This document shows positions 21,124 through 31,918 of a DNA stretch of 64,000 bases, piece after piece (the stretch's first letter is position 1; each line of letters begins with the position of its first letter). The position numbers and the translations under genes are program-made. Source of the stretch: an uncultured delta proteobacterium (GTDB taxonomy: Bacteria; Desulfobacterota; Binatia; UBA9968); NCBI GenBank assembly GCA_963755715.1, contig CAVWLW010000041.1, positions 41,044 to 105,043 of the forward strand. The letters run 5' to 3'. Below the pieces are notes generated by a model, which was given only the letters and a program-made list of their open reading frames with translations, had not been told where the DNA came from and searched no databases.

Positions 21124-21996
21124 TTATTCCTTGCCAAACTCCCCGGTCTCTCTTGACCAGCGGGCCAGTTCGTCATGGCCGGTAAAGACGACGCCGTCGA
21201 ATTGCTTGGCGTAGGTGAGAAATTCATCGAGCACCTTCGACCTGAACGGCCGTCCCGTAATGAAGTCATGGACGACGAGCGGCATCATGACCGCGCGTTC
21301 CGCGCCGCGCTCGTAGAGAGCATCGAAGGCGGACTTGAGACCGCGCAGCATGAAATCGGGAGGATTGGCGTTCCAGGTCGAGAACCGGCTCGGCGGAAAT
21401 GCCGGATTGGTGATGTCGACACCGAGCGCGGTGTCGCTGTAGGTCGCAAACGGGATTTCCAAAATCTCCCGGCCGTGGCCTTCGATCAGCGACGGCAGGT
21501 CGTCATTCCACATGCTGCCGTCCCATTCGATGTCCGAATGTTCCAGCAGCAAATCGAGCGTATTGTGACTCGCGAAGCAGGTGCGCCATCCGTGGATGTG
21601 CTCGCCCAGCAAATCTTCGAATACCGCGACGGTTTTCTTGATCAGCGCGATTTCGCTATGGGGCGGCATATTGCACATCATCTCGTGCGCGTAGGTGTGG
21701 CCGGCGATACAGTGGCCGGCTTGCTGCACGGCGCGCGACACTTCCGGATATTTCTCCAGCGTCGCGCCGCAGATCAGCCAGGTGCCTCGGACGCCGTGCT
21801 TCGCCATGATGTCGAGCAAGCGCCAGGCGCCGCGCCGCGCGCCGTACTGCCGCTCGCTGTAGTCGAACGGATCGGGTTGGCCGTCCGGCATCGGACACGT
21901 GGCCTCCTCCGACTGGTGATGCACGCTGACGGCGATCGGCAGCCGCACGCCCTGAGGCCAGCGGAAACTTCTCTTATAACCTTTCTCGTTCCACAT
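21124..21996 (-). CDS. Polysaccharide deacetylase (CE4, PuuE/HpPgdA-like)
   Basis: WPQG, YGARRGAWRLLD, GHCIAGHTYAHE, GWR, DDLP and HDFITGRP motifs. Confidence 0.85.
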   Translation of the reverse strand: MWNEKGYKRSFRWPQGVRLPIAVSVHHQSEEATCPMPDGQPDPFDYSERQYGARRGAWRLLDIMAKHGVRGTWLICGATLEKYPEVSRAVQQAGHCIAGHTYAHEMMCNMPPHSEIALIKKTVAVFEDLLGEHIHGWRTCFASHNTLDLLLEHSDIEWDGSMWNDDLPSLIEGHGREILEIPFATYSDTALGVDITNPAFPPSRFSTWNANPPDFMLRGLKSAFDALYERGAERAVMMPLVVHDFITGRPFRSKVLDEFLTYAKQFDGVVFTGHDELARWSRETGEFGKE

Positions 21997-22016
21997 GGAG
22001 GACTCCTTTGAAGTGT

Positions 22017-22857
22017 TCACGGAGCGGCGGAATTCAAGCGCCATCCGGCAACGTCGCTACACTGCGCGAAGCGAAATTCTTCGTGGCCGACGCAGGCGAT
22101 CCAAGAGCTGTCCAAGCACGCGCAGAGAAGCTGGGCGTCCGGTGGCCCAGGTTTGCAAGCTCAAACTCAATAGTCGCGGCGCTTTCTCGCTCTCGCGGTA
22201 CAGCACGTCGAGCTCATTGTTCCACACGCTCGATAAGCCATCGGGGCCGCCGCGTTGCGGATAAGGGTAGCCCACGTACGTCTTGTCGGCGGTGCTCGTC
22301 GTAAAAGGGATCTCGACAATCTTGCGCGAACCCGTGTCGAATAGATACGGCAGATCGTCGTTCAACAAACTGCTGTCCCAAACCAGCCCCTCTTCGGCAA
22401 GAATGTCGAGCGTCTTTGGACTCACTCGGTAATCGGGACAGCGCCAGCCGCGAATCTTAACGTCGGCGATATCTTGCAGTACCTTTGCCGCGCGGCGCAC
22501 GATCGAGCGCTCCTGCTCCTCGCTCGCGGTTCGAACCGATGCGAAGCCGTAACCCATGCCGGCTATTTCGTGCCCGGCCTTGGCCGCCGCTTGCACGGTT
22601 TCAGGATACTTCTCCGCGGTTGTACCGAGCACGAAAAAAGTTGCTTTGACACGATACTGATCGAGCAACTCGAGTATGTTCCAGATACCGCGGCGCGCGC
22701 CGTATTGCATCGCGCCGCCGACCATGTAATTCGGGCGCTCGCCGGCGAACAGCGGCGCTCCTTCTCCGGCCTGATGCTCGAAGGTCAGCATGATCGGCAA
22801 TCGAACTCCCGAGGGCCAGCGAACATCTTCTATCTTCGACTTGATTTCTATTGCCAT
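22017..22857 (-). CDS. Polysaccharide deacetylase paralog with degenerate metal site, frameshifted near 22090
   Basis: WPSG, YGARRGIWNILELL, GHEIAGMGYGF (HxxxH lost) and DDLPY. A plausible C-terminus GHEEFRFAQCSDVAGW...* lies in the shifted frame, ending at 22017. Confidence 0.8.
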
Positions 22858-23263
22858 CGATCCACCTTAAAGACGTTTCCTATTCGTCCATTGTTATTCG
22901 TATCAGCCGCTGTCATTCCCCATACGCAACGGAAGACGCTGCTGTCAAGCTTGGGCAGCATCGCGTCAGATGGCGGAGCCGATAGCTCGTACGACCGAGC
23001 ATGACGATCGATCACTTAGTTCCGCGAAGAAGAGTTTTGCTTATCGAAGAGCGCGAGAAAGTTTCGGACTGCGAGGCCAAGACGGTGCTGATTGTAAACC
23101 CTTGTACCCTTGTATTTTGTATCGACTCAGACTCTGTACCAAACCGACCTTGACAGGTTCCTTCCCGTGCAATAAACGAATTGGCAGGTTACTGTGCTCA
23201 CAGAATTGTCGGACTTCGAAATCACAACCGCTGTAATTCTCGATGAGCGCCGAAGGAGGAGCC

Positions 23264-24319
23264 ATGTTTCGCGTAGACGTCGATGCCCATGTAGACGAGT
23301 CGGAAGCAACCTGGGAATACCTCGACGATGGTGAACGCCGCTTTGCGCCGCTTACGCTCGATCCTGGAACTCCGACGGCACCGGGCGACGCCCGGCCGCA
23401 CCGCCTGTGGGTCATCGACGGCAACATCAGACTCAGACGCTGGCGCGATGACAAGCGAACGGGAACCGTAAAAGCAACGCGCGAGCTGCTGGACGTAGAA
23501 GCCCGCGTACGCCACATGGACGAACTGCGCGTCGATGTACAGGTGCTCTACCCGACGCTTTTTCTCCACGCTCTTACCGATCGGCCGGAGACTGACGTAG
23601 CGCTTTGCAAGTCCTACAACCGCTGGATCGCCAAAGCCACAGAGAAAAGCCGCGGGCGGCTGCGCTGGGTCGCCGTTTTGCCGCTGCTCAACATCGACAA
23701 GGCGGTGGAAGAGGTGCGTTGGGCCAAGGATCACGGCGCCTGCGGCGTGTTCAAGAAGGGCATCGAATGCGGCGACCGCGCCGCCAGCGATCCCTATTTC
23801 TTCCCGGTCTACGACGAGGCGGCCCGCCTTGACCTACCGGTGTGCATCCACAACGCGACAGGCAAGGTCGAGTCCGCCATAGGACTAGGATCCGGTTTAG
23901 ATGGAGGCATGAATGCCATCTCGGCTTTCAGCGCGCTCGCCGAGAATGGTATCCCGGACATGTTTCCGAAACTCAGAGTCGGATTCATCGAAACCGGCGC
24001 GTCATGGGTACCGTATCTCTATGCCGATCTGGTGGCGAAGAAACTTCGCCGAACCTTCCTGCCCATCGACTTCAAGGAAGACTTGTTCCGCCGCAACCGT
24101 TTCTATGTCGCGTGCCAAACCAACGATGATCTTCCTTACATTCTAAAGTACGGCACTGAAGACAGCTTGATGATCGGCACCGACTACAGTCATGCGGACC
24201 AGTCCGCCGAGATCCAGGCTCTGGACGTTATCGAGCAACGCGCCGAAAAAGGCGAAATCCCCGCGTCCGTTGCCCGCAAGATCCTGGACGACAATCCGCG
24301 CAGGTTCTACGGACTATAG
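23264..24319 (+). CDS. Amidohydrolase_2 family protein
   Basis: VDVDAHVDE, DVQVLYPT, YNRWIA, PVCIH, GFIETGASW, GTDYSHAD and ILDDNPRRFY motifs. Confidence 0.9.
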   Translation: MFRVDVDAHVDESEATWEYLDDGERRFAPLTLDPGTPTAPGDARPHRLWVIDGNIRLRRWRDDKRTGTVKATRELLDVEARVRHMDELRVDVQVLYPTLFLHALTDRPETDVALCKSYNRWIAKATEKSRGRLRWVAVLPLLNIDKAVEEVRWAKDHGACGVFKKGIECGDRAASDPYFFPVYDEAARLDLPVCIHNATGKVESAIGLGSGLDGGMNAISAFSALAENGIPDMFPKLRVGFIETGASWVPYLYADLVAKKLRRTFLPIDFKEDLFRRNRFYVACQTNDDLPYILKYGTEDSLMIGTDYSHADQSAEIQALDVIEQRAEKGEIPASVARKILDDNPRRFYGL

Positions 24320-24433
24320 GCGACCTGCCGTAACGTTTTTTTGGTTTCGCTCTTGGAGGTCTAAAGACGTTGGGGCTGCGTGGCCTTGGTCTAACTTGAA
24401 CCAACTAAATTTTTACTGAGGAGGGGTGCGCAG

Positions 24434-24832
24434 ATGGCACAGATCCGGCACATAGCCATCAGCTCGGACGACACCGAGAAGCTGGCTCGCTTCTACAAAG
24501 AAGTCTTTGGCTTTCGGCAATCTCGTCCGACGCCCGAAGGACGAAAGACCATTTATCTAACCGACGGCCACGTGGAGCTGACCATCCTGGAAAACGGCAA
24601 CCAGCAGAATAGCAATGGCTTGCACCATTTCGGTGTACAGACGGATGACATGGAGGGCACGGTCGATCGCATAGAAAAGATCCAACCGGGAAAGTCTATT
24701 GTAAGACCGGAATCGAGCTCGCAGGAAGAAGCATGGCTCTCGGATCCGTCCGGAAACCACATCTATCTCTCCGTCAAGGGAAATCTTGATTACCAGCCGG
24801 TCGAGAAATATGCCAATCGTAAGAAAAAATGA
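24434..24832 (+). CDS. VOC/glyoxalase family protein
   Basis: IRHIAI...FYKEVFG...LTDG...GLHHFG...DPSGN. Confidence 0.88.
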   Translation: MAQIRHIAISSDDTEKLARFYKEVFGFRQSRPTPEGRKTIYLTDGHVELTILENGNQQNSNGLHHFGVQTDDMEGTVDRIEKIQPGKSIVRPESSSQEEAWLSDPSGNHIYLSVKGNLDYQPVEKYANRKKK

Positions 24833-24905
24833 TTTATCCGCTAATGATCACTGCTGGCATTAAAAACCAAAGGATGAGCTCGTCGCACAAAGAAAGGAAT
24901 CGCGC

Positions 24906-25304
24906 ATGAACCAGCTTCGGCATCTGGCTATACGAACCGAGGAGCCCGAGAAACTCGCCGCTTTTTATATTGAGGCATTTGGGTTTCGCGAAGTCAGAGA
25001 AGGTTGGCCGCCGGCGCAAGGCGAGGAAAGAAGAAGTTTTCATTTGACCGACGGATATTTCGAACTGGCCATTCTGGCCAACGTGCCCAACCAGAGCCCA
25101 AACGGTCTATATCACTTTGGCATCAAAGTAGACGACATGGATGAGACAGTTCGCAGACTGGAAAGTTTTCAGAAGCATGTTCAGCGCAGACCGGAAGATA
25201 CCTCCTTTGCGGAATTGCGCGTGTCGGATATCGATGGAAATCTGATGGATCTTTCGGTTCATGGTTTCCTCGATTATAAGCCCCTGAAATCGGGCAAGGA
25301 ATAA
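24906..25304 (+). CDS. VOC/glyoxalase family protein (tandem paralog)
   Basis: LRHLAI...FYIEAFG...LTDG...GLYHFG...DIDGN. Confidence 0.88.
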   Translation: MNQLRHLAIRTEEPEKLAAFYIEAFGFREVREGWPPAQGEERRSFHLTDGYFELAILANVPNQSPNGLYHFGIKVDDMDETVRRLESFQKHVQRRPEDTSFAELRVSDIDGNLMDLSVHGFLDYKPLKSGKE

Positions 25305-25338
25305 AAACGCAGATGCGGCGATTCTCTGCCGGGGTTCC

Positions 25339-26490
25339 ATGAGGCAGCTGGTTTTTCTGCGCAAGATTCCACTCTACGCTTCTCTTCTTCTGAGTATCGT
25401 GACAGCGCGAGCTATCCCGGCCGTCATGGCGGCCGAGAAGCCAGGCTGGCAAGCGGAGTGGGATAAAACTGTTGCCGGCGCTAAAAAAGAAGGCGCGGTG
25501 TCTTTATGGGGTGACATGGAGATTACTCACCCGGATATCGTGGCCGCCTTTACCAAAGAATTTCCTTTCATTAAGCCGATCACTGTTACCGGACGGGTAG
25601 GCGACCTGACGATGCGCATCCTGTCGGAGCGCAGAGCTGGGAAATACTTGGCCGACCTTTATAGCGGCGTCATGGGCGGCGCAGCATTCTATGAGTTTTA
25701 TCGCACCGGAGTTCTGGATTCGGTTAAAGCCACTTTTATTCTTCCGGAGGTTACCGATGAATCGAAGTGGCTTGGCGGCAAGCATCATTATGTCGACCCC
25801 GAAACTCAACAGATTATCCTCTATGAAGGAACTATCGCGGGCACGAGCATCTTTTATAACTCAGAGTCGGTGAAACCGAACGAGTTCAGCTCTTACTGGG
25901 ATCTCCTTGACCGGAAGTGGAAGGGTAAGATCGCCATGTTCGAGCGGGTTGGCTCTGGTTTTCCGAGTTTGACGCCGATCTATTACAATCCCCGTCTCGG
26001 TCCCGATTTCATAAAGCGCCTGTTGGGCGAGATGAGCGTCACGGTTTCGCGCGATCGCCGCCAAGCGACCGACTGGCTGGCATCCGGCAAGTTTGTTCTG
26101 TGCATCGGTTGCGGCGATGTGGAGCATGCGAGCAGAGACGGCATGCCGGTGAGCGAGTTGGGCCGCGGGTATCTGAAGGAGGCCGGCAACAACATAGGCC
26201 TCAATGGCAACAGCGGCCTAGCGCTTGTTAGCAAATCGGCCCATCCGCAGGCCGCTGCGGTTTTCACCAACTGGTTTCTTTCCCGCAGAGGTCAAATGGT
26301 TTGGCAGGAAGTCATGAACACAAAGGTCGAAGAACCATCAAACTCGATGAGAATCGATATCCCGAAAGACAAGGTTCTTCCCGCAGCGCGGCGGGAGGAC
26401 GGCGTGAAATATACTGTCACCGGTTTCCTGGATCCGGAGCCTCCTAGCAAACTCATCGAGGAGCTTTTGGGAAGAAAAAGGGCGAGGTAA
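25339..26490 (+). CDS. Extracellular solute-binding protein (AfuA/Fe3+-type fold)
   Basis: WDKTVAGAKKEG, ERRAGKYLAD, SYWDLLDRKWKGKI and AHPQAAAVFTNWFLSRRGQ motifs. Confidence 0.85.
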   Translation: MRQLVFLRKIPLYASLLLSIVTARAIPAVMAAEKPGWQAEWDKTVAGAKKEGAVSLWGDMEITHPDIVAAFTKEFPFIKPITVTGRVGDLTMRILSERRAGKYLADLYSGVMGGAAFYEFYRTGVLDSVKATFILPEVTDESKWLGGKHHYVDPETQQIILYEGTIAGTSIFYNSESVKPNEFSSYWDLLDRKWKGKIAMFERVGSGFPSLTPIYYNPRLGPDFIKRLLGEMSVTVSRDRRQATDWLASGKFVLCIGCGDVEHASRDGMPVSELGRGYLKEAGNNIGLNGNSGLALVSKSAHPQAAAVFTNWFLSRRGQMVWQEVMNTKVEEPSNSMRIDIPKDKVLPAARREDGVKYTVTGFLDPEPPSKLIEELLGRKRAR

Positions 26491-26494
26491 CCGC

Positions 26495-26680
26495 CATCCC
26501 GAACACGAGCGGCTCAAGGCCCATCTCACTTCGCAGTTTTGCCGCATCATCGAGAGTCGCGGTCTCGCATAGGTTGAAGCGGGCGCAATTCTCGGCATTA
26601 AGCAGCCCCACGTTTCGGCCCTGATGCGTAACCGTTCGGGCAATTTTTCAGGCGACGACTAATAGACTTTTTAATTGCGC
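26495..26680 (+). pseudogene. XRE-family (HTH_37-like) regulator fragment
   Basis: Reads HPEHERLKAHLTSQFCRIIESRGLA*VEAGAILGIKQPHVSALMRNRSGNFS, then after a frameshift RLIDFLIA. Internal stop and no start codon. Confidence 0.75.
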
Positions 26681-26978
26681 GCGTCCTCGCGCCGTAGATC
26701 CGAGCAGATTGTAAATGTTGTTATGGCAGACCCGTGGCCAGACCGGAGCGACTAAACCATAGAGAAAACTCTTTTGTGCCAATCCGCAGCAGCTTTATCA
26801 CTTCTAGCGGTAAAATTGGCGCCTATATCATAGACTTCAGGCTTTCAGTGACAGTTGCGGACTTGCGCAATTGAGCAAACATGTGAATGATTCTTATCGA
26901 CGGTCGTTTGCGACACGGAACGAACGACAAAAAGGCTGGCGAAGAGGTTAATGAAATGCCGGTCGAGAGGGCGGCGTC

Positions 26979-27926
26979 ATGATTCTGATCACCGGTGGCC
27001 TGGGATTTATCGGTCTCCACACCGCCAGGCGCTTCCTGGATGTGGGCGAGCAGGTGGTGCTCACGCAGTATCGGATGCGGCGGGAGCCTGATTTCATCAA
27101 AAGCGAGATCGGCAAACGCGCATTTATCGAGACGCTGGATGTCACAGCCGGCCACGATGTGATCGATCTCGTGCGCAGGCACAAGGTCACCGGCATCGTC
27201 CACCTCGCCGTGCCGGGCCTCGGGGCTTTATCCGCGGCGGAGGATTACCGAGTCAACGTGATGGGATTTTTGAATATCCTCGAGGCCGCCAGGCTATTCG
27301 ATGTCAGGCGCGTAAGCTTGGCCAGCTCCGTAGCCGTCTATGCCAGCCTTCCCGAAGGTCCGTTCCGCGAAGAAGCGCTCTTGCCCGTACACTCCGGCAA
27401 TCCCACCGAGACATTCAAGAAAGCGCTGGAGATTCTCGGCCTGCACTACGCCTCCCGGACCAATCTCGAGGTGGTGGCGTTGCGCATCGGCAGCCCGTTC
27501 GGGCCGCTTTACCACAGCCTGGCCGCGCCGACGAGTCGAATCTGTCACGCGGCGGCGAAAGGGGTGCCCACCGATTTTACCGGCGTGCGACGCGGAGCGC
27601 CGTATGAAGAGGACGATACCGGCGCTTTTTATGTCAAGGATTGCGCCGCGGCTATCCAACTCCTCCAGATGGCCGAAAAATTGTCTCACCGAATCTACAA
27701 CATCGGCAGCGAGTCACCGACGACGTACGGTGAGTTTGTCGACGCAGTGAAATCGGCGGTTCCCGACGTGCAGGTAAATTTGCAACTCGGGCGCAACCCC
27801 CGATACCGACCGAACGCTTACATGGATATCACCCGGATCAAGGAAGAAGTCGGCTACCGGCCACAGTACGACATCAAGCGGGGTGTAGAAGAGTACATCG
27901 ACTGGCTGAGGAGCCATCCAGAATAA
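26979..27926 (+). CDS. NAD-dependent epimerase/dehydratase (extended SDR)
   Basis: ILITGGLGFIG, IVHLA, ASSVAVY and YVKDCA motifs. The catalytic YxxxK appears as TETFK. Confidence 0.88.
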   Translation: MILITGGLGFIGLHTARRFLDVGEQVVLTQYRMRREPDFIKSEIGKRAFIETLDVTAGHDVIDLVRRHKVTGIVHLAVPGLGALSAAEDYRVNVMGFLNILEAARLFDVRRVSLASSVAVYASLPEGPFREEALLPVHSGNPTETFKKALEILGLHYASRTNLEVVALRIGSPFGPLYHSLAAPTSRICHAAAKGVPTDFTGVRRGAPYEEDDTGAFYVKDCAAAIQLLQMAEKLSHRIYNIGSESPTTYGEFVDAVKSAVPDVQVNLQLGRNPRYRPNAYMDITRIKEEVGYRPQYDIKRGVEEYIDWLRSHPE

Positions 27927-28463
27927 TTTGCGCAGCAGCCCGTTATTACGACTCAAGCGAGCACAACGCGCTGTAATTCTGGCCGACACAAAACAGTCAA
28001 GCGCAACCTATGAATAAAGTCACGCCCCGTCTTGACTGAGCTAGCCGAAGGTAATAGCCAATTTAGGTTATCGATAAATTTTCTACACAGCGCGCACCCA
28101 AGCGGATTTGCTCCGGCATTCGTTGACTGTTCGTCTGCGGCAATTTGCGATTGAACCAGAGTTGCACCGGTGGCGAACCGGCCAACAAAACATGGGAGTG
28201 AACCCTATGGCGACCCAATTACGAGAGGCGATCGAAAAGCTCAGGGCTGAAATCAAGGGCCTCGACTTGTAGTCCGGAAGATCTCTAAATGATCCTTGGT
28301 GCTGAAGACTTAGGGGGCGCGTCGAGCTGAAGAGCTTCCGGAATGCGTCATCCCAAGACGGACCATCGGCAATCCTTCGCGAGATCACGCGAATCTTGAT
28401 GATGATAGGCAGACAGCATTTGGCCTGTTGAACTTATGACCTATAGATGGCTATAATCTGGCC

Positions 28464-28715
28464 ATGAATATCGTTAACGTGGCTATCCTGAAAGAAAAGC
28501 TTAGTTACTATCTTAATCTGGTTAAGTCGGGCGAAGAAGTCGTTGTAACCTCGCATCGGCACCGGGTCGCGCGCATTCTCCCCGTGACCGCTCCTTCGGC
28601 TGAGCTCGTGGAGCCTGCTCGCCCGATCAAAGACTTACGAAAAATAAAGGGCATCAAGCTTCGACGATCGGTGTCAGCGGTGAAATCGCTTTTGGACGAC
28701 CGCCGGCGCCGATGA
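28464..28715 (+). CDS. Type II TA antitoxin, Phd/YefM family
   Basis: LKEKLSYYLNLVKSGEEVVVT...VARILP. Overlaps the PIN gene by ATGA. Confidence 0.88.
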   Translation: MNIVNVAILKEKLSYYLNLVKSGEEVVVTSHRHRVARILPVTAPSAELVEPARPIKDLRKIKGIKLRRSVSAVKSLLDDRRRR

Positions 28716-29131
28716 CTGTTTACGTCGACACTTCGGTCGTCCTGCGCATCCTGTTTCACGAGCCAAATTGGGTGGCGATTTGGGGCCGATGGAACAAAGC
28801 CTATAGTAGTGCACTGTGGCGCGTGGAGGCCTTGAGAACTGTGGACCGGCTCCGGTTAACTCACCAGATTTCCGATACCGAAGTCGCGCAGCTTGTGCGC
28901 GATATACAGATTACCCACGAAACCTTCGCCATCCACCCGGTGACGAACCAAGTCCTTCAGCGAGCAAGCGAAACCTTTCCCACGGTAGTTGGCACTCTGG
29001 ATGCGATCCACTTGGCGACGGCGCTCTCGATACGCGAAATCGAAAATGTGGATTTATTGTTGACCCACGATTCCCAACTCGCGACCGCCGCCAGAAGTCT
29101 TGGGTTCGAGGTGATGGGAATTGATCAGTAA
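28712..29131 (+). CDS. vapC: PIN-domain toxin (VapC family)
   Basis: YVDTS...E...TLDAIHLATA...THDSQLATAARSLG. Confidence 0.9.
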   Translation: MTVYVDTSVVLRILFHEPNWVAIWGRWNKAYSSALWRVEALRTVDRLRLTHQISDTEVAQLVRDIQITHETFAIHPVTNQVLQRASETFPTVVGTLDAIHLATALSIREIENVDLLLTHDSQLATAARSLGFEVMGIDQ

Positions 29132-29458
29132 AGAGAGAAACGCTACCGGCAAAAACTGACCCGTCAAACAATTTATGTCCAGTTTTTATGCCGCTATTTT
29201 TTTACAGTTCAGTTGTAGAAACAGTGCGTCCTGTTAAATCAAGAAATAGTGCCTGGCATCAATCGATCGAGTCGCCTCATCGACTCCCCTTCTCACTCTT
29301 CAATGCCCTCAGGGCTAATCGTTTCATTCCCCCGGAAATGGTTGCTTGACATTCGAATTGCCAGCCCAATATGCTCCGTCGGTAAATTGACCGCTTCATA
29401 TTCAACCAAACAAGCAGCGCTTTGCGCTAATGAATCTCTCGTCGAGGGAGCGTGTTAC

Positions 29459-30451
29459 ATGAGATTATCCCGGCTTAGAATTACTTTGAGCATTATAATT
29501 TCGCTCTTGGTGTTCTCGTCTTTCCCCTGTCGATCCCAGGAAAAAGTAAAATTTCCGATCGCTGCGTCCAGTAAGACGCTGGGGTATGGGCCGCTTTGGG
29601 TCGCCTGGAAGCACGGCTTCTTCGACCAGCAGGGTCTGGATGCTCAGGTGATTCTCCTGCGCGGCACCCCGCCGTCGGTCCAAGCGCTCGTCGCCGGCTC
29701 CGTTTACGTTGGCGGCGCTACTCCGGATGCGGTGATGGACGTAAGCGAGCGCGGCATCGATCTGGTGATGGTGGTGGGTTTAATCAACGGTCTCTCGCAC
29801 GCGATCATGGGCGGGAAAAATTATAAACGCTATGAAGATCTACGCGGCGCGACGATCGGCGGTCAGAGCCTGACTTCAGGCATCACGTTCCCCTTGAAGC
29901 AGGTGTTGAAATCCAAAGGATTGGAATATCCGCGCGATTACAAGCTGGTCAACGTCGGCGGCACCGCCGATCTTTTCGCAGCGCTATCGAGCGGCCAGAT
30001 CGCGGCGGCGCCGCTCGCGATACCGCTTAATTTTGCCGCTGAAGAAGCGGGATTCAACGTGATCGGCTGGTATCGAGACGTATTGCCGAACTATCAGCTC
30101 ACCGCGATGACGGTGCGGCGCTCTTGGGCGGAAGCCAACCGCCCTCTCCTGATCCGTTTCGCCAAGGGCATGGCTCTGGCGATGCGTTGGGTGTTCGAGA
30201 ACAAGGAGCCGGCGATCGATTTTCTAACCAAGGAAATGAAGCTAAAACCGGCCCACGCGCGCAAGGGATGGGAATACTATACAGCGAATCGAATTTGGTA
30301 TCCGGACTCGGATATCAATACCGAGGGCGTTAAGACCCTGATCCAAATCTACGGCGAGCAGGGCCAACTCAAGGGCCCTCTGCCAAGTCCGGCCAGATAT
30401 GTGGATCAGAGTTATTTGAAGGATGCATTAAAAGAGCTGGGCAACAGATGA
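29459..30451 (+). CDS. ABC substrate-binding protein, NMT1/SsuA type
   Basis: Signal peptide, PLWVAWKHGFFDQQGLD, QALVAGS, DLRGATIG and YVDQSYL motifs. Confidence 0.88.
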   Translation: MRLSRLRITLSIIISLLVFSSFPCRSQEKVKFPIAASSKTLGYGPLWVAWKHGFFDQQGLDAQVILLRGTPPSVQALVAGSVYVGGATPDAVMDVSERGIDLVMVVGLINGLSHAIMGGKNYKRYEDLRGATIGGQSLTSGITFPLKQVLKSKGLEYPRDYKLVNVGGTADLFAALSSGQIAAAPLAIPLNFAAEEAGFNVIGWYRDVLPNYQLTAMTVRRSWAEANRPLLIRFAKGMALAMRWVFENKEPAIDFLTKEMKLKPAHARKGWEYYTANRIWYPDSDINTEGVKTLIQIYGEQGQLKGPLPSPARYVDQSYLKDALKELGNR

Positions 30452-30548
30452 ACCGCCGCTCACGAATTAAGTGGGCAGCACCGCGTCGATCCGCCTCGTA
30501 AACGATGAATTCTGATTGGTAGTGTCATTAAAAAGTTTGAATACAGAT

Positions 30549-31577
30549 CTACTGTAGAAAGAGCTTGCGATATTCGCTCTTCTTATCAGCGTAACCTTTC
30601 TCATCCAGCTCATCCATCGGAATGAACTGAACTTTATCGGCGTCCGGCAGCGGCGGGTAGATTCCTACTCTCGTGACAAACTCACCTGCCTTGGCAATGA
30701 TCTTAAGACTCTCATCGCTGTGATAGTAATCCATAAATGCCTTTCCAGCGTTGGGACGAGGCGCTTTGCTGCCTAGGACCAAGAGATTCTGGTCCCCTAG
30801 GAATTTACCAAGTCGCGCATAGTCCACTGGAGCGCCGTTTTGACTATAGAGAAACACCGAATTCAATTGCGTGATTCCAATTGGTGTCTCTCCTGTGCTG
30901 ACTCGCTCCGCGGTGGGCGAAAGGGACTCGAGAAGAATCGGTTTCATGGCAGCCAAGTCACGAATAAATTTGTCCGATTTATCCTTACCCAAAATTTTGT
31001 ACAAGCTTGCAAGCCACTGAGCGGTGGTTGAGTGCTGGGTCGGATCAGGCATGGCTATTTTACCCTTGTATTTGGGATGGACTAGCTCTTCCAGAGACTT
31101 AGGTGCTTCGGCGAATTTGATGATGCTACTATTGAAGGCCACACCTATGACCGCCCGCCGGTGAATCACCCCGATCTCTGAATCGATGGCCTCCTTGGGG
31201 AAGTCCTTCGCGGTGGGGGGTAGATATTTAATCATTATGCCATCTTTGACTAGGAACCTGGCCTCGTTGCTCGGGATGAAAAGCACATCGAAGAGAGGTT
31301 TTCCCGCCCGATATTCGTTGACGGCGCGATCCATCACCTTGGTTGCAGAGGCTCTCCAGTACTCTAAAGTGAGCCCGGTTTTCTTTTCAAAAACACTCTT
31401 GGAAGGTTCCAAGATCTCGGCCTGAAGCGATCCATAGGCGACGATCTTTCCCCCTTCTTTTTTCGCCGCCTCAATCAGCTTTGCGTCCTGGCTAAAAGCG
31501 GGTGCCCAAAGAAAAAATAAAAATGAAAAGAGCGATAGCGCTACCAAGCTAGCCATTATTTTTCTCCTTTCGAGCAC
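30549..31577 (-). CDS. Extracellular solute-binding protein (AfuA/Fe3+-type fold)
   Basis: LIEAAKKEGG, APKSLEELVHPKYKGKI and APRPNAGKAFMDY motifs. Start uncertain (31577 or a few codons downstream). Confidence 0.85.
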   Translation of the reverse strand: MLERRKIMASLVALSLFSFLFFLWAPAFSQDAKLIEAAKKEGGKIVAYGSLQAEILEPSKSVFEKKTGLTLEYWRASATKVMDRAVNEYRAGKPLFDVLFIPSNEARFLVKDGIMIKYLPPTAKDFPKEAIDSEIGVIHRRAVIGVAFNSSIIKFAEAPKSLEELVHPKYKGKIAMPDPTQHSTTAQWLASLYKILGKDKSDKFIRDLAAMKPILLESLSPTAERVSTGETPIGITQLNSVFLYSQNGAPVDYARLGKFLGDQNLLVLGSKAPRPNAGKAFMDYYHSDESLKIIAKAGEFVTRVGIYPPLPDADKVQFIPMDELDEKGYADKKSEYRKLFLQ

Positions 31578-31918
31578 CCTCGTTAGACAAGCAAGCCGGT
31601 ATGGAAAATTGACGCATCCATAGGCCCGACTTCTCGAATATCAACTAAATTAAGAGTCCCATTAACCGAACGCGGAGGGAATGTCTAGTGTATTCAAGAG
31701 CCATACTGAAGTTGACAGGCAACCTGACGATTTGATACTCGCTAACAATCGAGGGCTCGGTTTTTTTCTCGTGATCGCTTGAGCCTCCGGAACGTGGGCT
31801 CACGCATGGTCACGGGTTAATTTCGCAGAAATTCCGGGGACGGCATAATAAAGAATTTTACAGATGACCTAAGACCGAGCACAGAATCAACAATCCATAC
31901 CGGGCAGGAGGAAGTCTC

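Noticed and set aside
28083-28420. Short ORFs before the Phd-VapC pair, and similar ones at 48780-49330 and 50500-51080
   Set aside because: They look like decayed fragments with no identifiable family or parent gene in this window.
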